From positions 1,184,001 through 1,248,000 of the forward strand of contig CAWGMQ010000008.1 of assembly GCA_963823665.1 (NCBI GenBank): a stretch of DNA of 64,000 nucleotides. Reading direction: 5' to 3'. Within the stretch, counting starts at the first letter, position 1. Each line of letters opens with the position of its first letter. Origin of the DNA: an uncultured Planctomycetota bacterium. Lineage in GTDB: Bacteria; Planctomycetota; Planctomycetia; Isosphaerales; Isosphaeraceae. The position numbers were made by a program, and so were the translations under genes. Shown in pieces: positions 35,716-48,352 of this stretch. A model generated the notes under the pieces. That model worked only from the letters and a program-made list of their open reading frames with translations, had not been told where the DNA came from and did no database searches.

Positions 35716-37262
35716 CTACCCCTGTGAACATGCAGATGCGAAATTAGCTAAACTGTGATTCTACTATGCTTTGATCCCTTTGTTCCCGCGGCAGGGGCTC
35801 CGCGGGACTTGTCCAGGAGCTTCTTGGTGGCAACGTGATGAATCCTGCTCCCGGAAGTCTTTTTGGTCTTCCTGGGCTTCTTCGGGCCCCGTCGCGATCG
35901 GAGCATCCGGTCCACGGGCACCTTGGCGGCCAAGGCGCTGAGCAGTCCGGCCACTTCGCCCGCCACGCAGCCGTCCAGAAACGACCAAACCGACGGTGGT
36001 GCGGCAATCATCATCCCGGGGTAAACCTCGGCGATGTCATTGACCAGGGCGTGATTCGACACCTCATTGACCATCTCGTCGCCGTGGACCGCTCGCAGAT
36101 TCCCCTTCAAGACGGCCAAGCCGTTTCCGGCAATTACAGACATGGAGAAGCCGAACAGAGCTGCTCGAGGGTATCCCAGCGTGGGGATTTCGCAATGCAG
36201 AAGGTCGGTCAACTTCTGGAAGTGCTTCTCAATTTCCCATCGTCCGCAGTAGGCCTGGCAGCACAACTCCGCCGAGGCCGTGTCCGGGAGGTTAGTTATC
36301 AAGATGATCTCGGTCTCCCCGTCGCGGGTGGGTTGGTCCAACCTCAAGACGATCCGTCGCAGGCGATAGCGACGCCCCTCGCATTCCGGATCATCGACCC
36401 AGATTGCTTGCTCAAGAATCTCGCCGGCCTTGCAGCGTCCGACCGACCGCAACGGCTTGATCGCCTGGAACGGCATGGTGGAAGAATGCCAGCGGACCAA
36501 GAAGAACGCTTCGGTTCGCAGGATCCGAAACACGAAGCTCCGGACGCAGAAGTTACGATCCATGATCCAGAGCTGGCCCGGCGCGATGACCACCTGATCC
36601 AGCAGCGAGCGCTCCTGGGTGTGGGCGTTCTCCTCAAGGATGAGGTCGAGCACCAGGCCACTGACCGGCTCGTAAATGGCCAGCGACATGCCCGGCAGGG
36701 CCGCCGAACGAGTCGAGCGCAGTTCATTGATGCGATGATCGGTCCCTGTCAGGATATTGCCGTCGAGGATCCTTGCTGTATATCCCGGGATCGGCTCGGG
36801 CAGGAGGCAATCAGCAGCGGAGATGAGTTCGCGGGCTCGACTGGCGGTCTCTCGTACGATGGCGGCGGCTACGCCAGGTTCCATCCGACCCAGCTTGCGG
36901 TAGAAAGCGGACAGCGAAGCCACGAGGTGCAGTTGGCGCTTCAGGAATGCCTCCCGCGGGGAGCGCCGAAAGCCGCAGGCGACATCACACATCACCTGAA
37001 CGAAATGACCGAGCAAAAATTCTCGCGTGTATTGTCCCTCGGACACCTCATCAAGAATGGGGTCAATCGAAGTGCGTTCGATCATCCAATCCAGGGCGAT
37101 CCGGGCCATGACCGCCGGAGCTGCCTCCTCCGCGAATGGGTCGAGTTTGGATGGGAGAACCATTGGACCTCCTTGTCCGGACGAATTGATCCAGCGCGAA
37201 CCTACCAATCCTTTTCGGCAAAAGAGGTTATGACAATTAAATCTGCATGTTCACAGGGGTAG
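35716..37262 (-). mobile_element. IS4-family insertion sequence with perfect 22-bp terminal inverted repeats and a 10-bp target duplication
   Basis: CTACCCCTGTGAACATGCAGAT (35716-35737) and ATCTGCATGTTCACAGGGGTAG (37241-37262); GTGGGTGCAA flanks both ends (35706-35715, 37263-37272). Confidence 0.95.
35748..37163 (-). CDS. IS4-family DDE transposase
   Basis: ILDGN, MDRNF and Y..RWEIE..F (YREK-like) motifs. Confidence 0.92.
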   Translation of the reverse strand: MVLPSKLDPFAEEAAPAVMARIALDWMIERTSIDPILDEVSEGQYTREFLLGHFVQVMCDVACGFRRSPREAFLKRQLHLVASLSAFYRKLGRMEPGVAAAIVRETASRARELISAADCLLPEPIPGYTARILDGNILTGTDHRINELRSTRSAALPGMSLAIYEPVSGLVLDLILEENAHTQERSLLDQVVIAPGQLWIMDRNFCVRSFVFRILRTEAFFLVRWHSSTMPFQAIKPLRSVGRCKAGEILEQAIWVDDPECEGRRYRLRRIVLRLDQPTRDGETEIILITNLPDTASAELCCQAYCGRWEIEKHFQKLTDLLHCEIPTLGYPRAALFGFSMSVIAGNGLAVLKGNLRAVHGDEMVNEVSNHALVNDIAEVYPGMMIAAPPSVWSFLDGCVAGEVAGLLSALAAKVPVDRMLRSRRGPKKPRKTKKTSGSRIHHVATKKLLDKSRGAPAAGTKGSKHSRITV

Positions 37263-37740
37263 GTGGGTGCAACCCACCATCCATACTAACCCGAAGCGTA
37301 AGCGAGGATTCCGGTTAGTCTCGCTCCCGCATCGTGCTAGCTCGCGGACGGTGTTACCCCCAATTGAACCACGCCCGGGATTTCGCCATTCCAGACCGCT
37401 TTTCATCAGGCCGGTGTCCCGCGCAATCGAGGCAGACATTCCTTTGAAGCAACGTCGGCCGAGCATAGTGAACAAGACCCCCGATCAAAGGTGGCGCTTT
37501 GATGCAACCCGCGCCACGGGGTAGCCGACGAGCCAAAAAGCCCGTCGCCGACTTCCGATCCTCTTGTATCACTTCGACATGCGGAACGACCTCAACAGCC
37601 GCCGCCCCCCGCGAAGAGTGGCGCAAAATGGCGCGTTTGGGCCGAGTCAAAGCATTCGTACAGTACTGTATGCCTCCCGTCAGGGAGGTGCCGCCGCAGC
37701 CGGCCGAGGGGCGGCCGGGCGCACACGAAAGCCATACTCC

Positions 37741-37792
37741 CTCTCCTGCTCATACTCGTACTTGTACTCGGATTCGTATTCCTACTCCTACT
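37741..37792. repeat. Degenerate hexamer tandem (TACTCG-like)
   Basis: ctcatactcgtacttgtactcggattcgtattcctactcctact. Confidence 0.7.
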
Positions 37793-38004
37793 GATGGGCC
37801 GGCCAGCGCACACGGAAGCCGCCGGCCCCCGTTGTCGCCGCCCAATCAAGCAAGCTTTCGAGTGAAAATGCCTCAAGGCGATCCAGCTCCGTTTGACATA
37901 AAAAATGACGGTACTCTTGGCCGCTACCCTAGATGATCTACAAACGCTCCGATTTTTTTGCGCAAAACATGTGGTATTCGTCCAATTCGAGCGAGATTTC
38001 TCTG

Positions 38005-38189
38005 CCCATGCATTGCTCCGACATGCCATACGACAGAATACGAACGGGTTGCCGCAGGTGAGCCTCAACCATCACACGCTCGAACGCCGCAAAGTCGGAC
38101 TCCTTGCGGAACATATGCATCAAGCCGACGGATCGGTTCAGGACGTGATAGACAAAGCCTCCAGGTGCCACTCTCGCTGTACTTGGCAT
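38005..38189 (-). pseudogene. Truncated REP-associated tyrosine transposase (RAYT, IS200/Y1 HUH family)
   Basis: MPSTAR..PGGFVYHVLNR...F....DF..F...ILSY is a RAYT N-terminus; it breaks just before the NHxH (HUH) motif. Confidence 0.8.
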
Positions 38190-38274
38190 GACAACATCTG
38201 CTCACAGAACTGAACGCTTCCGTCAATACTATTCGCGTCCCTGTTTCCGTCCCCGTAATCTTATTAGGTAGAGA

Positions 38275-41200
38275 GTTTCAATCCTTGTTGTCGTGGATCT
38301 CGGTCAACTGCGGCCGAAGTCACTCAGGCATCTCGTCGCGCCAGAAGGTTTCAATCCTTGTTGTCGTGGATCTCGGTCAACTGCTCGCCGCCCAAAGATC
38401 CTGCCGAATCGCTGCGGAAGAAGTTTCAATCCTTGTTGTCGTGGATCTCGGTCAACTGCAAGAAGATCGCCAACCCTGACGCGCGCCCGGTGATGTTTCA
38501 ATCAGTGTTGTCGTGGATCTCGGTCAACTGCTGCTCGGGATCACTGTTGAGTGTCCGAAACTTGGGAGTTTCAATCCTTGTTGCCGTGGATCTCGGTCAA
38601 CTGCGCCAACGAATCGCAGCTCTCAAGACGACCAGCAGAGTTTCAATCCTTGTTGTCGTGGATCTCGGTCAACTGCACGATGCCGCGATGGCCCAGGCTT
38701 TCTGGGCCTATGTTTCAATCCTTGTTGTCGTGGATCTCGGTCAACTGCTTGCGGCCTTCGGCCTGAATCAGGGCAGCGTGGCGAGTTTCAATCCTTGTTG
38801 TCGTGGATCTCGGTCAACTGCACGCTGCTCGGCAGCAATCAGATTTCCGTAACGTGGTTTCAATCCTTGTTGTCGTGGATCTCGGTCAACTGCCCCGGTC
38901 AAACTCAAGCAAGCCTCTCGAGCCAAGGTGGTTTCAATCCTTGTTGTCGTGGATCTCGGTCAACTGCAATATCCCTCCACTGGTCGGGGAATCGCGGATC
39001 GGGGTTTCAATCCTTGTTGTCGTGGATCTCGGTCAACTGCAGCAAACACGTTGCCGGGGAGATCGCGTGTGCTTGCGAGTTTCAATCCTTGTTGTCGTGG
39101 ATCTCGGTCAACTGCTCGTTCTGCGCCAGGGCCAGGGCGGCCTCCTTGGCGTTTCAATCCTTGTTGTCGTGGATCTCGGTCAACTGCCCGGATCATTGGA
39201 TGCGACGCTCGCGACCCAGTCAGGTTTCAATCCTTGTTGTCGTGGATCTCGGTCAACTGCCTGATTTACATCTCCGAGGGCGAGGACGAATCCAAGTTTC
39301 AATCCTTGTTGTCGTGGATCTCGGTCAACTGCCGGAGAGCTAATCGCCCAGAACATGGCCGGCATCGGGTTTCAATCCTTGTTGTCGTGGATCTCGGTCA
39401 ACTGCGTTCCGGCGCTCCCGTCCGGCCGCTCGAGGGTTTGGTTTCAATCCTTGTTGTCGTGGATCTCGGTCAACTGCACCTGAAGGGGTTTGCCTTCGGG
39501 AAAGCCGCTTGGGTTTCAATCCTTGTTGTCGTGGATCTCGGTCAACTGCAAGGCGACGAGCACTGGATTGACGGCACTCGTAAGAGTTTCAATCCTTGTT
39601 GTCGTGGATCTCGGTCAACTGCCTGTGCCCCTAACCCCGATTGGCCCAGCGCCTCGAGTTTCAATCCTTGTTGTCGTGGATCTCGGTCAACTGCGCGAAG
39701 AAACGGCGGGTGGCACGGAACAGCAGACCGGGTTTCAATCCTTGTTGTCGTGGATCTCGGTCAACTGCCCCGCGCACGCCACCGAAGCGGCTGCCGAATC
39801 AGAAGTTTCAATCCTTGTTGTCGTGGATCTCGGTCAACTGCCTGGCACAGTCGCGGGATGTCCTCTGGTTTCAGGTGTTTCAATCCTTGTTGTCGTGGAT
39901 CTCGGTCAACTGCTCGCATCAGCAGTCAGATCCGAGGAACTCCCAGATGTTTCAATCCTTGTTGTCGTGGATCTCGGTCAACTGCCGCTGCGCCGATCGC
40001 CGTCCATAGACCCGATCCTGAGTTTCAATCCTTGTTGTCGTGGATCTCGGTCAACTGCTTCTCTGCACCTCGCGCGACGAGCTCGCGTTTACCTTGTTTC
40101 AATCCTTGTTGTCGTGGATCTCGGTCAACTGCACGGCCTGCTCGAGATTCGGGCTCACTGGATCACCGGGTTTCAATCCTTGTTGTCGTGGATCTCGGTC
40201 AACTGCGCTCGGAATAAGCTGATTGAGGTCAGAAGAGCCGAGTTTCAATCCTTGTTGTCGTGGATCTCGGTCAACTGCGGGATCTCTGACGCTTTCTGCG
40301 GCAGCTACCCATATGTTTCAATCCTTGTTGTCGTGGATCTCGGTCAACTGCGCTGGACGAACATTAGTCTCTGATGCCCGCACTGGCGTTTCAATCCTTG
40401 TTGTCGTGGATCTCGGTCAACTGCAAGTAATTCGTAATTGTCCGAAAACTTGCATGGAAGTTTCAATCCTTGTTGTCGTGGATCTCGGTCAACTGCCGCC
40501 GCCTCCTCCACCCACTGCCGTTGATCGATCCAGTTTCAATCCTTGTTGTCGTGGATCTCGGTCAACTGCGGCGTCGCCATCGCACGGCCTGACTACGCCT
40601 CCATGATGTTTCAATCCTTGTTGTCGTGGATCTCGGTCAACTGGCGCGGTCACGATCCGGGCCCGGGAGCTGGATGTAGTTTCAATCCTTGTTGTCGTGG
40701 ATCTCGGTCAACTGCCCCGATCACATGCGTCCCTACCGGTAATGGCGTGGGGTTTCAATCCTTGTTGTCGTGGATCTCGGTCAACTGCGCGCGGGCCGCG
40801 CATCGCGAACCCCTACAAGGATCGGTTTCAATCCTTGTTGTCGTGGATCTCGGTCAACTGCCCCAGCAGGCCATGCAACTCGCGATCACCGCCCAGATGT
40901 TTCAATCCTTGTTGTCGTGGATCTCGGTCAACTGCCCGTACAACCACCATTTCTCGACCAGCTTTGTTATGTTTCAATCCTTGTTGTCGTGGATCTCGGT
41001 CAACTGCGCCGGTCAAGCTCCTCCTGCCGGGCCCGTTGCTCGGGTTTCAATCCTTGTTGTCGTGGATCTCGGTCAACTGCCCCTGCCCCATTTGCCTAAC
41101 CCGAGGGGGGAACCCAGTTTCAATCCTTGTTGTCGTGGATCTCGGTCAACTGCACCTGGAACCCCTGCGCCCGAAGCTCGAGCAGATTTTGTTTCAATCC

Positions 41201-44200
41201 TTGTTGTCGTGGATCTCGGTCAACTGCCAGCACAGGGGCGGCAGTGCTCATCTACGACAACGGTTTCAATCCTTGTTGTCGTGGATCTCGGTCAACTGCG
41301 GCGGGCACCGCCCCCGAAGTCGCCAAGGAGAAGCTGTTTCAATCCTTGTTGTCGTGGATCTCGGTCAACTGCGCGCGGCTGACGGTCGCCTCAGGCCTCA
41401 GCGAGCAGTTTCAATCCTTGTTGTCGTGGATCTCGGTCAACTGCCCGAGCGCCGGCACAACGAATGTACTCGTCAACGGGGGTTTCAATCCTTGTTGTCG
41501 TGGATCTCGGTCAACTGCACGTCGGTCGGGGTGAGTGGTCCGCTGCCGATGTCGGGTTTCAATCCTTGTTGTCGTGGATCTCGGTCAACTGCGGCTCTTG
41601 AGGTGCTCGGATCGGCGCAGCTAGATCGGTTTCAATCCTTGTTGTCGTGGATCTCGGTCAACTGCATCGATATCTTCCACCACAAAGAGCGTCCGGTCTG
41701 GGTTTCAATCCTTGTTGTCGTGGATCTCGGTCAACTGCACGTTTGCGGTGTCAGGGCATTCTTTGCGGTTTCGGTTTCAATCCTTGTTGTCGTGGATCTC
41801 GGTCAACTGCACGGCCCGGAAGCAATCGAGCGATGGAACGGCATGGGGTTTCAATCCTTGTTGTCGTGGATCTCGGTCAACTGCCTGCCTGTTCCGCCTT
41901 CCACTTCTCCCACACTTCACGGTGTTTCAATCCTTGTTGTCGTGGATCTCGGTCAACTGCGCTCGCGTGGGGGTGGTTGTGCGGGCCACCGGCACAGGTT
42001 TCAATCCTTGTTGTCGTGGATCTCGGTCAACTGCAGGGGGGATCATCGCTCATCCTCTTCAGGGCGCTTGGTTTCAATCCTTGTTGTCGTGGATCTCGGT
42101 CAACTGCCGACTAACTGACCTTCGTCGTCGTGATCGTGGGAAAGTTTCAATCCTTGTTGTCGTGGATCTCGGTCAACTGCATTCGTCGGCACCTACGCCG
42201 ACTGGCAGGCCCTGAGGTTTCAATCCTTGTTGTCGTGGATCTCGGTCAACTGCCAGATCAAAGTTCATGCTGGCCTCGCTGTTAGGGGGTGTTTCAATCC
42301 TTGTTGTCGTGGATCTCGGTCAACTGCCCGGGGGCGTCCCGTCTCACGCGCACGTTGTCGCCTGGTTTCAATCCTTGTTGTCGTGGATCTCGGTCAACTG
42401 CACGAATGTTTGGTGGTTATCACCGACGCCGGATTCAAGTTTCAATCCTTGTTGTCGTGGATCTCGGTCAACTGCAACTGTCGGAGCCGAATCCCATTTG
42501 CGAGCGGATGAGGTTTCAATCCTTGTTGTCGTGGATCTCGGTCAACTGCCTTGGCTATCTCGATTGCGACGAACGTTGAAAATGGGTTTCAATCCTTGTT
42601 GTCGTGGATCTCGGTCAACTGCACGTGAACCGGCTTTTGGCTGTGGATAAGCCGTTGAGGTTTCAATCCTTGTTGTCGTGGATCTCGGTCAACTGCAACC
42701 TTATCGGCTCGGCACCAGGCCCGGTTTAGGAACGTTTCAATCCTTGTTGTCGTGGATCTCGGTCAACTGCATGAGCGCCGCGAGCCACGGCACTTACTTC
42801 AACCGCGAGTTTCAATCCTTGTTGTCGTGGATCTCGGTCAACTGCTTGCGGGTTCGGTCACGAATGCCATCCATCTCCTTGGGTTTCAATCCTTGTTGTC
42901 GTGGATCTCGGTCAACTGCCGTCGATCGTTTTAATCGAGGATGTCGATGCGTTGTTGTTTCAATCCTTGTTGTCGTGGATCTCGGTCAACTGCAGGTGGA
43001 GCCTACTTCGCTGGCCTGACGCTCAGCTAGTTTCAATCCTTGTTGTCGTGGATCTCGGTCAACTGCTTGACGTGATGATCGGCGACCCGTCGTATTCCGG
43101 GTGTTTCAATCCTTGTTGTCGTGGATCTCGGTCAACTGCCTCATCGGCCAGGCGCAGCAGCTCCCCATACTTGATGTTTCAATCCTTGTTGTCGTGGATC
43201 TCGGTCAACTGCCTTGCGGATTCCGGAAGGTAGGCCGTTACGATCGGGGTTTCAATCCTTGTTGTCGTGGATCTCGGTCAACTGCCGCTGTAGCAGGTTC
43301 CTGGCGTCCCTCCGTTATTCGGAGTTTCAATCCTTGTTGTCGTGGATCTCGGTCAACTGCCAGACCCAGGCAGCACGGGCCATGATTGGCCCAAATAGTT
43401 TCAATCCTTGTTGTCGTGGATCTCGGTCAACTGCAAATGGGCCCATCCACCCCAAGACGGGGAGGCCAGTGTTTCAATCCTTGTTGTCGTGGATCTCGGT
43501 CAACTGCTTCCGCCAGCTCCCCCGAGTCCGCCCCTGCCCCAGGGGTTTCAATCCTTGTTGTCGTGGATCTCGGTCAACTGCTGGATGTACTCAGCGACCG
43601 TGAGCGCACGCTCTTGATGTTTCAATCCTTGTTGTCGTGGATCTCGGTCAACTGCCGGACCCGTCCGCCTCGGCGTTGACATCGCCCTGGGGTTTCAATC
43701 CTTGTTGTCGTGGATCTCGGTCAACTGCCCGGGCGAGCGCGTAGAGCTCGAGCCGGGATATGTGGAGTTTCAATCCTTGTTGTCGTGGATCTCGGTCAAC
43801 TGCGCCCCATTGGAGCTCCACAATGACGCCACCGAATAGGTTTCAATCCTTGTTGTCGTGGATCTCGGTCAACTGCTGGAGGAACTGATTGATGAGCGAC
43901 GAGAGCGAGAGGTTTCAATCCTTGTTGTCGTGGATCTCGGTCAACTGCGAAATCGGACGCCGCGCGGCACAGGCTGGCGATTGCGTTTCAATCCTTGTTG
44001 TCGTGGATCTCGGTCAACTGCGATTATCTCGTTCCATTCCTTGCCCGAAGAGAAAAGGTTTCAATCCTTGTTGTCGTGGATCTCGGTCAACTGCATCGAC
44101 TCCATCGAGCCTTACGGCGAAGCGCAAAATGTTTCAATCCTTGTTGTCGTGGATCTCGGTCAACTGCACGACCACGTTCTCGCCCCAAAATGAGCGTAGT

Positions 44201-47200
44201 TGCTGTTTCAATCCTTGTTGTCGTGGATCTCGGTCAACTGCCAGTCGCCCACGCGACGTCACCAAGCCAGCGCTCAGGTTTCAATCCTTGTTGTCGTGGA
44301 TCTCGGTCAACTGCGATCGGACCGCGCAAGGGGAAGGTGACATACGTCGGGTTTCAATCCTTGTTGTCGTGGATCTCGGTCAACTGCAAAACGCATCTGG
44401 CTCGTCGAGGACCTGGTGCTGATGTTTCAATCCTTGTTGTCGTGGATCTCGGTCAACTGCTGCTCGCGTAGGCTGTAACAGGGCTCCCATCGGTTGGTTT
44501 CAATCCTTGTTGTCGTGGATCTCGGTCAACTGCGCCCAGTGTAAGAACGTGGGCGATCTCATTGCCAAAGGTTTCAATCCTTGTTGTCGTGGATCTCGGT
44601 CAACTGCATCAAGTGCCCGCTGCCTGACTGCGGTCAGACGAGGTTTCAATCCTTGTTGTCGTGGATCTCGGTCAACTGCCTGACTGGCGGGCTCGCCAGC
44701 AGCGGCGTCACGCCCGTTTCAATCCTTGTTGTCGTGGATCTCGGTCAACTGCCCCGCCCAGCAAGAGCCCGATCGTCGGGCCCAGGTAGTTTCAATCCTT
44801 GTTGTCGTGGATCTCGGTCAACTGCTCGCCTGGGGTTCCTACACCAACACGCAAGCGAAGAAGTTTCAATCCTTGTTGTCGTGGATCTCGGTCAACTGCG
44901 TGAGGCTGGGCCTGCTCTAACTCGTCGCACGTAAGAGTTTCAATCCTTGTTGTCGTGGATCTCGGTCAACTGCAACAGCACGTCGGGTGTCCCGACTGTC
45001 GGTTCAGTCGGTTTCAATCCTTGTTGTCGTGGATCTCGGTCAACTGCCCGTGATCAAGACGCTGATGGACATCATCCACGACGAGTTTCAATCCTTGTTG
45101 TCGTGGATCTCGGTCAACTGCAGGCAAGAAAGCACAGCCTGGCGAGATACGATGGATGTTTCAATCCTTGTTGTCGTGGATCTCGGTCAACTGCTTGAAA
45201 AACGATTACCTGATCACGATCACCTGAGAGAGTTTCAATCCTTGTTGTCGTGGATCTCGGTCAACTGCTTTCGAACGTCACTCGGAAGACCATGTCAGGA
45301 TTAGGTTTCAATCCTTGTTGTCGTGGATCTCGGTCAACTGCGGCTGTCCGGTATGTGGTGACGGAGTCCGTGAACCAGTTTCAATCCTTGTTGTCGTGGA
45401 TCTCGGTCAACTGCGTGAGCGACCTGGGCGACACCGTCTGGCGACTCGTGTTTCAATCCTTGTTGTCGTGGATCTCGGTCAACTGCGCGACTTACCGAAC
45501 CACGAGCTCCAGCGAGTGATCGGGTTTCAATCCTTGTTGTCGTGGATCTCGGTCAACTGCCGTGGCGATGCGGGCGCCGGCCAGGGCTATGGTTAGGTTT
45601 CAATCCTTGTTGTCGTGGATCTCGGTCAACTGCACGCCGGGATGGGCTCACATACCCCATACGGCACACGGGTTTCAATCCTTGTTGTCGTGGATCTCGG
45701 TCAACTGCCGGAGTGTTCGCCACCATTGCTACCGAAGGAATGTTGTTTCAATCCTTGTTGTCGTGGATCTCGGTCAACTGCAATCGGGATGTTCGCCACA
45801 CCAGTCGGATGGATATTGATGTTTCAATCCTTGTTGTCGTGGATCTCGGTCAACTGCACGAGGATCGCAGTGTCATCGGCCATCCGCTGTACAGTTTCAA
45901 TCCTTGTTGTCGTGGATCTCGGTCAACTGCCGCCAAAGTTCAGACAGGCGCGCGGCCGGACGCAGGTTTCAATCCTTGTTGTCGTGGATCTCGGTCAACT
46001 GCCAGCTCCAGCTTGCGGGCTTCGGCCATCCGCACGATGTTTCAATCCTTGTTGTCGTGGATCTCGGTCAACTGCCGGCAGAGCCAATCTGGTTGCGGCT
46101 GCGAAGTCTGGGTTTCAATCCTTGTTGTCGTGGATCTCGGTCAACTGCCACGTCCAAGAACATCGTCCTGAACACCGGCGCGAAGTTTCAATCCTTGTTG
46201 TCGTGGATCTCGGTCAACTGCCGTTTACAACTGGTATCCGGCGGCGGCGGCGGCCAAGTTTCAATCCTTGTTGTCGTGGATCTCGGTCAACTGCGCGCAC
46301 CAGAAAGACGGGATCGAAATCGCGTGGGTGTTTCAATCCTTGTTGTCGTGGATCTCGGTCAACTGCCAAGCCCGATTGGAAACTTTCTTCGGATTCTTTT
46401 TGGTTTCAATCCTTGTTGTCGTGGATCTCGGTCAACTGCATTGCGGCGGTCATCTGCTATCACATTCGCATTTTTGTTTCAATCCTTGTTGTCGTGGATC
46501 TCGGTCAACTGCTCTTTTCGGCCATCCTAGCGGCGATTCCGTGGACGAGTTTCAATCCTTGTTGTCGTGGATCTCGGTCAACTGCGAGTCCAGCCACCTT
46601 GCCGCCCACGCCTCCTTTGGGTTTCAATCCTTGTTGTCGTGGATCTCGGTCAACTGCGACCCGCTGTAACGGGCCATCTAGAGTATGTATCGAGTTTCAA
46701 TCCTTGTTGTCGTGGATCTCGGTCAACTGCCTGGGGATCGGTGACCGGGCTTCGTGGGCAGGAACTGGTTTCAATCCTTGTTGTCGTGGATCTCGGTCAA
46801 CTGCAGCCGTTGGGGAGCAGGGAGAGTTGCTCCAGATGAACGTTTCAATCCTTGTTGTCGTGGATCTCGGTCAACTGCGCGAATAGCACCAGTCGACGCA
46901 AGAGCTGGTGGAGTTTCAATCCTTGTTGTCGTGGATCTCGGTCAACTGCGGAACGAAACTTGATGCCCGTGCGCACGGGCGCCGCGTTTCAATCCTTGTT
47001 GTCGTGGATCTCGGTCAACTGCTCGCTCCGATAACGAACGCGGCCCCCACACAGATCCAGTTTCAATCCTTGTTGTCGTGGATCTCGGTCAACTGCGCCG
47101 TCCGAGGAGCTCAGCGGGGCCGATGAAGACAATGTTTCAATCCTTGTTGTCGTGGATCTCGGTCAACTGCATTCGGATCAATGATCGGTATTCACGGCTC

Positions 47201-47392
47201 GATGAATGTTTCAATCCTTGTTGTCGTGGATCTCGGTCAATTGCGCGCTCTTCGTCCACCGGGCAAAGGCAGAGGATGGAATGTTTCAATCCTTGTTGTC
47301 GTGGATCTCGGTCAACTGCACCTTGACCGATGCTGAACGACTAGCGCTTGTGGAGGTTTCAATCCTTGTTGTCGTGGATCTCGGTCAACTGC
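38275..47392 (-). CRISPR. CRISPR array of about 125 repeats (37 bp) and about 124 spacers (about 34-39 nt)
   Basis: Repeat on + is GTTTCAATCCTTGTTGTCGTGGATCTCGGTCAACTGC; on - it ends ATTGAAAC. Variant repeats at about 38495 and 38568 mark the trailer end. Manual count 125. Confidence 0.99.
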
Positions 47393-47564
47393 CGCCCTCT
47401 GGCCCCAAGTCGACTTGCCATCTGGGATATCGAGTCCATCTTGTGAGGCGATAACGAGCCATCTGGGTACCTGTAAGGCGATCGTTGGGGGCGGTTTCAT
47501 AACCTTTCGCGCAAGTTTACTCGGTCGTAAGTGCCTTTTCAACAGGCCGGTTACGCCGAAGTGC
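47393..47564 (-). promoter_or_regulatory. Putative CRISPR leader
   Basis: Non-coding, relatively AT-richer gap between the cas4 stop and the first repeat; consistent with repeat orientation and trailer degeneracy. Confidence 0.75.
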
Positions 47565-48200
47565 CTACTTGATGCAAATATTTCGGTAGCAGCAGTCGCG
47601 GCAACTGGACTTCCAGGAGGTTGCACGCGGGAAGCAGCCGGTCTGGATCACTTGCAGGATCTCACGGAGCACGGCCTCGGCCTCGGCGAAGTCGGCGTCG
47701 CTGAATTCGACGGGCACCACCTTGTGCTTGGAGCGAATGTAGCAGAGGAAGCCCCGGTGCACGGCGCACTGAAAGGTTTCGCGGATCAACAGGGCATAGA
47801 GCACCGATTGCATCTTCTGGTTGTGGTAGACCCGGCCTCGATCCAGCGCGAACTTGTAGTCGAAGGGAGCCCTCGACCCGTCGGCCAGTGTGAAGACCTC
47901 GTCCACCGATCCGCGCACGCCCAGCCGGACCGAGGAAAGCGGCACGTCGAACTGGCGCTGGACCACCCCGAGCTTCTTGCGCAGATAATTCGGATTGATC
48001 CGCCGCCGCTCCTCATGCGCCTGTCGGCCCTTCTGAACCAGAAGCCGCCGCTCCTGCCGTTCCGGCACCGCCAGGACGTGCTCGAAGTATGTGAACCGCG
48101 GGCAGAACAAGTGCTCGAGCACATGGGTGACCGTCAGCGGAAGCGGTGGCGGCTCAGGCCAAGCGGCCGCCGACTGGGCCAAAGTCGCGATCTCGTTCAT
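47565..48200 (-). CDS. cas4: CRISPR-associated exonuclease Cas4
   Basis: FCPR; RGSVD..DYK (RecB-like); Q...YA; C..C.Y..IC Fe-S cluster cysteines. Confidence 0.95.
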   Translation of the reverse strand: MNEIATLAQSAAAWPEPPPLPLTVTHVLEHLFCPRFTYFEHVLAVPERQERRLLVQKGRQAHEERRRINPNYLRKKLGVVQRQFDVPLSSVRLGVRGSVDEVFTLADGSRAPFDYKFALDRGRVYHNQKMQSVLYALLIRETFQCAVHRGFLCYIRSKHKVVPVEFSDADFAEAEAVLREILQVIQTGCFPRATSWKSSCRDCCYRNICIK

Positions 48201-48352
48201 GACAGGAATCTCCCCGGTCAACGGCGTCGTCCCGCTCGATCCAGCCGTAACCATGACTGACCGCGCGGCCCAAGGCGAAACCATTCGGCAAGTCGAGGTT
48301 GGTCAAGAGGCGGCCGCGAAACCAAAGGAATGGGGACGTCTAACTGCATCCT

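Noticed and set aside
43582..43618. Spacer translating to DVLSDRERTLL, reminiscent of a sigma region 4 start
   Set aside because: Too short to assign, and it does not match the sigma genes in this window.
46149..46184. Spacer sharing TCCAAGAACATCGTC (15 nt) with the SnoaL-like gene near 31780
   Set aside because: The match is internal, does not extend to the spacer ends, and is plausible by chance given about 124 spacers; not called self-targeting.
38285..47454. Many ORFs with repeating FQSLLSWISVNC / VSILVVVDLGQL / FNPCCRGSRSTA
   Set aside because: These are translations of the CRISPR repeat in three frames, not proteins.
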